Shown: in pieces, positions 39,584 through 45,835 of the stretch
Numbering within the stretch: the first letter of the stretch is position 1
Layout: the number at the start of each line of letters is the position of its first letter
Source of the DNA: Patescibacteria group bacterium
GTDB taxonomy: Bacteria; Patescibacteriota; Patescibacteriia; UBA9934; GWF2-40-263
Direction of reading: 5' to 3'
Assembly: GCA_041661745.1 (NCBI GenBank)
Contig: JBAZTR010000001.1
Span: 252,471 to 298,305, forward strand
DNA: 45,835 nt
Translations under genes and position numbers: made by a program
Notes under the pieces: model-generated
Databases searched by the model: none
What the model was told of the DNA's origin: nothing
What the model saw: only the letters and a program-made list of their open reading frames with translations

Positions 39584-40834
39584 TTAATGCCCGGACGCCG
39601 CTGTTAACAACCCCACCGCCTTATCCATTTGCGGATCAAGTTTGGCCTCGGCATCGGCAAGAGTATATTCAACAATAAAATCTGGGGTAATTCCCACATG
39701 ATTAATAGAGCGCTCTTTAGGCGTTAACCATTCGGCGGTAGTTAACTTAAGGGCCGAACCATCCTCCAACTCACGATAATCCTGGACCGAACCTTTACCA
39801 AAAGTTTGCGTGCCGACCAGTTGGGCAAAACCGTAATCTTGCAAAGCGCCGGCCACAATTTCTGAAGCCGAGGCCGAGCCGCCATCAACCAAAACCACGG
39901 TTGGAATTTCACTCAAACGGGCGTTGCTTGAACCGACAAAAGCCTGCTTTTGATCGCGGGTACTTTGAATAACCACCGTGTCCTGACCAATCCAAGCGCT
40001 CCCGATATCAATCGCCACATCAAGCAAACCACCAGGATTACTGCGCAGATCAAGAATTATTCCCTCAGCTCCCTGAGCCAATAGATCATTCATTGCGGCT
40101 GTAAAAAGCACTGCCGTATCCTCATTAAAGAAATGAATTGAAATCACGGCCAGCCCATCATCACGCATTTCCAATTTAACGCTGTCGACAGTAATGGTGT
40201 TGCGAGTAATTGGAATTTCCATGGCTTCGGTTAAACCATCGCGACTGATAATAAGTGTCACTACCGAATCTTTTGGCCCGCGAATTTTAGTTACCGCTTC
40301 ATCAACACTCATGCCAGTGGTTTCCACACCATCAATGGCTAAAATATGGTCCCCTGGTCTAAGACCGACTGTTTCAGCCGGACTTCCCGGCAGGGGCGCG
40401 ACAATCACCAGCTGTCCGTTTTCATCAACATCTATTTGTGCTCCGATACCCTCAAAAGTACCGTTCAAAGAATTACCAAATTCTTTAGCTTCATCGGGAT
40501 CAAAGAAAACCGAATAGGGATCTTCCAAGCCGGCCAACATGCCTTTAATGGAACCGTAAAATAGGGCTTCGTCGGAAACCGGCTGTTTATAATAATTTTC
40601 CTTGGTAAAATTCCAGATATCCCAAAAAGTCTTGAAATCCAAACTTTTAGAAAGGTCCGAGGTGCTATCGACGTTTTCCACACGGGCCTCACCAGCCGGA
40701 ACAACTGAACGAATACCTTGCTGCCGCCCCAACAGGAGACCGATAATAAAGGCCAGAACCACGCCGGCCAAAAGAACGATCGGCACAGCGGCCGGTGAAA
40801 AACGACGACTTTTCGCTTTTGAATAAAAAGGCAT
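39584..40834 (-). CDS. ctp: Carboxy-terminal processing protease (S41 family, PDZ domain)
   Basis: N-terminal TM, PDZ (PGSPAETVGLRPGDHILAIDG), and catalytic region VLVDGGSASASEIVAGALQD...GKGSVQ. ATG at 40834; the track start at 40861 is TTG. Confidence 0.85.
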   Translation of the reverse strand: MPFYSKAKSRRFSPAAVPIVLLAGVVLAFIIGLLLGRQQGIRSVVPAGEARVENVDSTSDLSKSLDFKTFWDIWNFTKENYYKQPVSDEALFYGSIKGMLAGLEDPYSVFFDPDEAKEFGNSLNGTFEGIGAQIDVDENGQLVIVAPLPGSPAETVGLRPGDHILAIDGVETTGMSVDEAVTKIRGPKDSVVTLIISRDGLTEAMEIPITRNTITVDSVKLEMRDDGLAVISIHFFNEDTAVLFTAAMNDLLAQGAEGIILDLRSNPGGLLDVAIDIGSAWIGQDTVVIQSTRDQKQAFVGSSNARLSEIPTVVLVDGGSASASEIVAGALQDYGFAQLVGTQTFGKGSVQDYRELEDGSALKLTTAEWLTPKERSINHVGITPDFIVEYTLADAEAKLDPQMDKAVGLLTAASGH

Positions 40835-40936
40835 AACGGATAATAGAATATCAGAAATCAAAGCACTTGGGGAGTGGAAAAGAAAAAGGGTTGATTTAGT
40901 GACTTTAGGGCCAATGTCGGTTACAATATAAACGTT

Positions 40937-42166
40937 ATGAATAAGAAAGCGCGAAATTTAATTTTCTTCCTTTTTCTTGGGTTATTCTTAATTTCTGCCC
41001 CGGTCGTTGTTTTGTATACGGCCGGGTTTCGTTTAAACCCCGATCGTTTAGCCCTGGTAAAAACCGGCCTTTTTTCCGTTTCCTCCGAACCTAAAGGCGC
41101 AACGGTTTTTATTGACGGCGTTCCAACCGAACAAAAAACCAATGCCATTATTAAAAATATCATTCCAGGTGAACATGTTATTCGTTTAGAAAAAACTGAT
41201 TTTTTACCTTGGGAAAAGAAACTTGAAATAAAAGCCAACGAAACAACTTTTGTTTCAAAAGTTGAACTCTTTTTAGATTTCGAACCAACCGTAAAAATAG
41301 CAACCACTTATTCAGTTTACGCCCTTGATGAGACTGGAGAAAAAATCGCTTTTACTTCATCGACCGATGGTTGGGTGGAAATTTGGTCTAAACTTTTATT
41401 GTCTGGCGAAGAAAAAATATTGCTGCGTTTATCTAAAACCGATTTTGACGAAATATCTCTATCGTGGTCGCTTTTTGACGAAGAGACTTTGATAATAAAA
41501 GAAACAAAAAATTCTAAAGTCACTTGGCGTTCGGTTACGCAAGACGGTCAAAGTGAAATTCTTTCAGATAATCCGGCTCTAATTTGGGAACGCGACGCTA
41601 ATCAATTTTTATTTGTCGAAGAATATGGCGACTTAACCCGCCTAGCCAAACGTGATCAAGCCGGCCAGGAGGAAACTTTGGCCATTGTTCCTTTAGGTCA
41701 ATATGAATTCTTACCGGCCCCGCCGTCCTTTGTCCTGTTACGCGACCAAACCAGGGGTAAAATAATTTTAATTGACGACCGTGGTGTTGATCAACCAATT
41801 CTTTTAAACGCCGCCGCCTTGTCTGTTGCATGGAATCCCCAAAATAAAAAACAACTTCTTTACGCCTCGGATTTTGAGTTACACGTCTTTGATGCGGAAA
41901 ATCTAACCGACGAATTATTAACACGCCTCAGTACTCCCATCGATGGAGCCGCTTGGCACGCCGTCGGCCAAAATATTATCTTTGCTGATGACAAAAATCT
42001 TTTTGTAATCGAGCTTGATAATCGCGGCGGCCAAAGACAAATTTGGACTCTGGCTACTTTCGATAATATCGAAACCTTCGCACCAACTGATAATGGACAG
42101 ACAGTTTATTTAATTGGAACAAAAAATGGCACCAGTGCCATTTTCGAACAAACTTTACAAAAGTAA
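40937..42166 (+). CDS. PEGA domain protein with a TolB-like beta-propeller region
   Basis: N-terminal TM, PEGA motif (SSEPKGATVFIDGV...PGEHVIRLEKTDFLPWEK), then WD/TolB-like repeats. Confidence 0.65.
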   Translation: MNKKARNLIFFLFLGLFLISAPVVVLYTAGFRLNPDRLALVKTGLFSVSSEPKGATVFIDGVPTEQKTNAIIKNIIPGEHVIRLEKTDFLPWEKKLEIKANETTFVSKVELFLDFEPTVKIATTYSVYALDETGEKIAFTSSTDGWVEIWSKLLLSGEEKILLRLSKTDFDEISLSWSLFDEETLIIKETKNSKVTWRSVTQDGQSEILSDNPALIWERDANQFLFVEEYGDLTRLAKRDQAGQEETLAIVPLGQYEFLPAPPSFVLLRDQTRGKIILIDDRGVDQPILLNAAALSVAWNPQNKKQLLYASDFELHVFDAENLTDELLTRLSTPIDGAAWHAVGQNIIFADDKNLFVIELDNRGGQRQIWTLATFDNIETFAPTDNGQTVYLIGTKNGTSAIFEQTLQK

Positions 42167-42171
42167 AAACT

Positions 42172-43257
42172 TTACCAAAAAACCACTTTCTTTAAAAGCC
42201 AAAGATACGCTTCCATAAACGGATTGGCGACAAATTTCAAAAGCGGATTTTCCACCTCCTGGTTAATGACACTGCCGGTCATAAGCGGCAACATCGCCCG
42301 GTCAGTCTTTAAACGAAAACTTTTTACCAGAGCACGACGTCGGTAAATCCAAAGCCAGGTGGCCGGACGAAACAAATAAAGCCAAGAACGAATTTTTTCT
42401 CGCCACCAACCGGAACGAAAAGAAAACAAAAACGTTCCTGATTCCATAATCAAAGCGGCCGGCACCAAAAGCAAAAGCGTCGGCCATTTATAATTAACAA
42501 AATTGGTCAAATGACGATTGCGCTCCATGAGATAATATTTCTTGATGCTTTTAGAAAATTCGTAATGATGAAAAATTTTTGACTCCGAGGCTAACAAAAT
42601 GTCAAACCCGGCCAGACGGGCTCGCCAACTTAAATCCAGGTCTTCGTGGTAAGCAATAAAAAGCGGATCAAACAAACCACCGATTTTTTCTAAAACCGAA
42701 GTCCGCACCAACAAACCAGCCCCACTGGTATAAAACACGGGTAAATCATTTTTTATTTCACCGAGCAACTGGCGATGGCCTAAAGCAAAACCAAAACCTA
42801 AAAAATGCATGGCGTTACCAATCGAATTAACCCGTTCGCCATCATCGAGCATGACCAGCGACTGCACCAAAGCGGCGTTCTTTTTTTCTTCAGCCAAAGT
42901 CACAACCCGAAGCAAAAAATCCGGGGCCACCCAAGTATCATCATTTAAAAGATATAAATAATCAGGTCGCCAATCGTGCGACAATTCCTCTGCTTTAACA
43001 TGGCCGCCGGCAAAACCTAAATTTGGCGTTTGCTCGTAAAAAATTATTTCCGGCAAAGTCTGACCGGCTTTGACCAACCATTTTTCACGCACATATTCAG
43101 AAGGTGTCCGCGCGGCCTCGGAAAAATTTTTTACCAAAACAATCTTCCAACAGTCTTTAGGATAATTGACCGTTTCGAGTGAACCCATTAGACGATCGAA
43201 TTCTTCGGGCGGGGTGACGTAAAGTAAAATTTGTACGGCAACTTTAGGAAAGCTCAT
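42172..43257 (-). CDS. Glycosyltransferase family 2 (with a C-terminal membrane region)
   Basis: GT-A fold features (LLNDDTWV, YHEDLDLSWR) and hydrophobic C-terminal segments. Confidence 0.7.
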   Translation of the reverse strand: MSFPKVAVQILLYVTPPEEFDRLMGSLETVNYPKDCWKIVLVKNFSEAARTPSEYVREKWLVKAGQTLPEIIFYEQTPNLGFAGGHVKAEELSHDWRPDYLYLLNDDTWVAPDFLLRVVTLAEEKKNAALVQSLVMLDDGERVNSIGNAMHFLGFGFALGHRQLLGEIKNDLPVFYTSGAGLLVRTSVLEKIGGLFDPLFIAYHEDLDLSWRARLAGFDILLASESKIFHHYEFSKSIKKYYLMERNRHLTNFVNYKWPTLLLLVPAALIMESGTFLFSFRSGWWREKIRSWLYLFRPATWLWIYRRRALVKSFRLKTDRAMLPLMTGSVINQEVENPLLKFVANPFMEAYLWLLKKVVFW

Positions 43258-44066
43258 ATTTTTTTACCAAACCATTTTACCAGATATTTGAGCCAACTAT
43301 AAATATGAACTCGAGTTATTTTATTTTTTAACAAACTATTAACGATTCCCTGCCCGTCAGCCGACTCTTTGCGATAGGTATGCTGAATCTCGGCCGTGGG
43401 AACATAATAGACCGGTCGCCCCTTTTCCCAACAACGCCGACATAAATCAGCGTCCTCAAAATACATAAAGAACCTGGGGTCAAAACCGCCCAAATCTTTA
43501 AACAGCGCCGCCTCAATCATAAAAGCCGAACCCTGAACCCAATCGACCATACGGTAGCGATCGTGATCAAAATCTTCCATCAAAAAGTAACGGCGATGCT
43601 GGCGTCTTTTTTCGGCCGGCAAAAACGGGGTGCGCTGGGCAATCGGCGTGTACCACTTGTGAAAACGACAGCAGTTTTCTTGAATACGACCGTCCGGATA
43701 ACGCAAACGCGGGGCGGCAATACCGCAAGCCGGACAAGCTTTCATGAAATCTAATAATTTCTGCAAAAAACTTTGATCAACAATGGCCGTGTCCGGATTT
43801 AAGAAAAAATAATAATCGGCCTCAACTTCGGCCGCCCCACGATTACAAGAATGACCGAAACCGTAATTTTTGTCGCGCAGAATGACAATCGCCTCCGGCA
43901 CATGTTTTTTAATAAAACTGTGGGCGTCAATTTTTTTTGAATCGTTATCAACCGCAATAAAAACAACTTTTAAATTAGTTGAATCTAAAAAAGCTTTAAG
44001 CGAGGTTAAACAAACCTCGTCCAAACTCTCTTTAATCACGGTAATAATGGCCACGTCGTATTTCAT
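43254..44066 (-). CDS. Glycosyltransferase family 2
   Basis: VDNDSKK, FLNPDT, FMYFEDADLCRR motifs typical of rhamnosyltransferase-like GT2. Confidence 0.75.
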   Translation of the reverse strand: MKYDVAIITVIKESLDEVCLTSLKAFLDSTNLKVVFIAVDNDSKKIDAHSFIKKHVPEAIVILRDKNYGFGHSCNRGAAEVEADYYFFLNPDTAIVDQSFLQKLLDFMKACPACGIAAPRLRYPDGRIQENCCRFHKWYTPIAQRTPFLPAEKRRQHRRYFLMEDFDHDRYRMVDWVQGSAFMIEAALFKDLGGFDPRFFMYFEDADLCRRCWEKGRPVYYVPTAEIQHTYRKESADGQGIVNSLLKNKITRVHIYSWLKYLVKWFGKKI

Positions 44067-44917
44067 AAAAAGAAATCAACCAAATAAGCCAAGGCCACTA
44101 ATGGAAAACGTAAAAGGAAAAAAACCGTTCCTTGCCACCAAGGATGCCATTTAAAAAAGTAATTAGTTAAACTGCGAAAAAAGATCGCTTGCTTTTTACC
44201 AAGGGTAAGTAATTTAACGGAACGACCGACTAAATCAAGACCGCTGACACCGGCTTCGTACCAAACTTTGTAACCGGCTTTCCTAACCCGACGACAAAAA
44301 TCAACTTCCTCAAACCAAAAGAAAAAATTCTTTTCGTCAAAAAAACCAATCTTGTCCAGCACCTCGCGTCGAAAAGCAAAAAACGAACCGCGCACCTGTT
44401 CCACTTCGCCGGATTTTTCGTAATCAAAATCTTTAGCAAGATAATGATCGACGGCTTTTATTTTAAAGAAATGAGGTAATTTAAAAAGAATCGCCAACTG
44501 ACTCCAAAAATCAGGATCCCGCCGAACCGAAGACAAAATAGTTCCGTCCTCTTTCAAAAGTTTAATTCCCAAAACGCCAATTTCTTTTTGGGTGGTTAAA
44601 ATTTCAAAAGTTTTTTTCAACACTTCTTCGCCTACTTCCATGTCAGTGTTTAAAATGACAAAAACGTCGCTTTGGGCCACCCGTAACCCCTGATTAACGG
44701 CGTGAGCAAAACCGCTGTTCCAATCATTTTGAACCAAATGAACCTGGGGAAATTCTTCGCGCGTCATGGCCACGCTACCATCCTTAGAACCATTATCAAC
44801 CACAATAACCTCAAAAGAAAAAGACGAAGCCGTTTTAAAAAGCGAGACTAAATTATTTCTAAGAATTTCCCGCGTGTTAAACGACGGAATAATTAAACTG
44901 ATTTGCGGCTTTTCCAT
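44063..44917 (-). CDS. Glycosyltransferase family 2
   Basis: IIPSFN, VVDNGSKDGS, ILNTDM, FWFEEVDFCRR. Confidence 0.8.
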   Translation of the reverse strand: MEKPQISLIIPSFNTREILRNNLVSLFKTASSFSFEVIVVDNGSKDGSVAMTREEFPQVHLVQNDWNSGFAHAVNQGLRVAQSDVFVILNTDMEVGEEVLKKTFEILTTQKEIGVLGIKLLKEDGTILSSVRRDPDFWSQLAILFKLPHFFKIKAVDHYLAKDFDYEKSGEVEQVRGSFFAFRREVLDKIGFFDEKNFFFWFEEVDFCRRVRKAGYKVWYEAGVSGLDLVGRSVKLLTLGKKQAIFFRSLTNYFFKWHPWWQGTVFFLLRFPLVALAYLVDFFL

Positions 44918-44919
44918 AA

Positions 44920-45835
44920 TTATAGCTCCACCCAGGAATTGTCGCCGACAAAAATGCGGTGGCCGCTGGTCGGCAACGAACAGGTGCGGGTTGTAACCGT
45001 GACATTGCGACCAATCATTGAACCGTCGATACGACCAATATTTTTTACCGAAGCTTTGTCGAGAATAACCGAATGTTCAATTTCGGCTCCGTCGATAACG
45101 CATCCGGCCCCGATGGTGGTAAACGGTCCAATAAAGGCATTGTTAATTTCGGCGTTTTCGCCAATTACCACCGGTCCGCGAATTAAGACGTTTGGACCGA
45201 TCTTGGCGCCCTTCTCCACTTTAACCAAACCGTGAATTTGCGCGGCCTTGTCGACCTCGCCTTCAATAACATAGCTAGCCTGCGGCAAAGTGTTCATGGC
45301 CAGAATATTGCCCTCCAAAAGTTGAGCCGGCCGACCCGGATCTTTCCACCAACCGTCGACCACATCATAACCGACTTTAAAGTTGTTTTCCAAAAGCCAG
45401 GTGTGAATGTCGGAAATTTCGTATTCGCCACGGGCCGAAGGCTGAATATGACGAAAGGCTTCAAAGAAATTTTTGTCGTAAATATAAACGCCGGTCACCG
45501 CCAAATCACTCGGCGGTTCACTCGGCTTTTCAACAACCCGAATTAATTTTCCATTGGTGTCAAAAACGGCCACCCCAAGTTCGGTCAAGTTCGGGGCGCG
45601 AGAAAGCGTCAGGGCACAGTTCAAATTTTCTTTATGAAAACGGTCGACAATATTTTTTATACCAGCCCGAAAAATATTATCGCCAAGATGAAAAATAAAT
45701 GGCTCACTTTCACCCAAAAAATCACGCGCGTTGTAAACGGCATGGGCAATACCGCGCGGCCCACCCACCTGTTCGATGTAAGTAATTTTAACCCCCCAGC
45801 GCGAACCATCGCCCACGACTTCCTGAATCTCCTTA
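44920..45835 (-). CDS. Sugar-1-phosphate nucleotidyltransferase (RmlA/GlmU-like with C-terminal left-handed beta-helix); N-terminus outside the window
   Basis: GGPRGIAHAV, HLGDNIF, EKPSEPPSDLAVTGVYIY, and C-terminal hexapeptide repeats. The frame stays open to the window edge (KEIQEV upstream of the GTG listed in the track). Confidence 0.8.
   Translation of the reverse strand, partial: KEIQEVVGDGSRWGVKITYIEQVGGPRGIAHAVYNARDFLGESEPFIFHLGDNIFRAGIKNIVDRFHKENLNCALTLSRAPNLTELGVAVFDTNGKLIRVVEKPSEPPSDLAVTGVYIYDKNFFEAFRHIQPSARGEYEISDIHTWLLENNFKVGYDVVDGWWKDPGRPAQLLEGNILAMNTLPQASYVIEGEVDKAAQIHGLVKVEKGAKIGPNVLIRGPVVIGENAEINNAFIGPFTTIGAGCVIDGAEIEHSVILDKASVKNIGRIDGSMIGRNVTVTTRTCSLPTSGHRIFVGDNSWVEL

Noticed and set aside
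1-45835. Alternative genetic code (UGA recoding, as in some CPR lineages).
   Set aside because: All conserved genes (pyrG, murD, mraY, ftsW, helicase and others) are full length under the standard code, without in-frame TGA interruptions.

Overview
This is a low-GC (about 40% by eye) bacterial chromosome segment. Its gene content resembles a Patescibacteria/CPR-type organism, but that assignment is an inference. It rests on a Mur ligase lacking the N-terminal domain, GRILLQVEQHGEAWYV-type secreted repeats, a PEGA/TolB-like protein, many single-domain receivers and many GT2 genes. The standard genetic code fits.

Gene order: a truncated Cys-rich metallothionein-like gene, a DEAD-box helicase, tRNA-Gln, an acidic secreted protein and an Nramp-related transporter. 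Next comes a roughly 10.6-kb minus-strand operon of three receiver-only response regulators, a PAS protein, a cytoplasmic multi-PAS histidine kinase, a 275-aa membrane protein and a paralogous 1651-aa surface protein. Then follow a DUF4870 protein, a lipoprotein, a secreted beta-propeller-like protein, an epmA-like gene, ftsEX, a tRNA-Gly/Thr locus, a PpiC PPIase and ftsB. A fragmented dcw/mur region comes next (murE-like, murD, GT2, translin-like, tRNA-Lys, murG, ftsW, mraY). The window ends with nifU-like, rpmA, pyrG, rplI, a NUDIX hydrolase, a Ctp protease, a PEGA protein, three GT2 genes and a truncated RmlA-like nucleotidyltransferase.

Most notable observations:
1. Three sharply bounded 60-70% GC single-gene cassettes at about 18.6-19.4, 29.8-30.6 and 35.3-36.5 kb. 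Each has its own host-style promoter, strong SD and terminator, and each encodes a protein I cannot place in a well-known family.
2. A family of GC-rich multi-hairpin repeats that is always co-oriented with tRNA genes. It comes with duplicated tRNA 5' fragments spaced 106-115 nt upstream of the intact tRNAs.
3. Two small Cys-rich genes absent from the ORF track.
4. CCCTC(T)CC/GGAGAGGG palindromic elements, one of them in frame inside epmA.

I saw no CRISPR array, transposase, integrase or rRNA.
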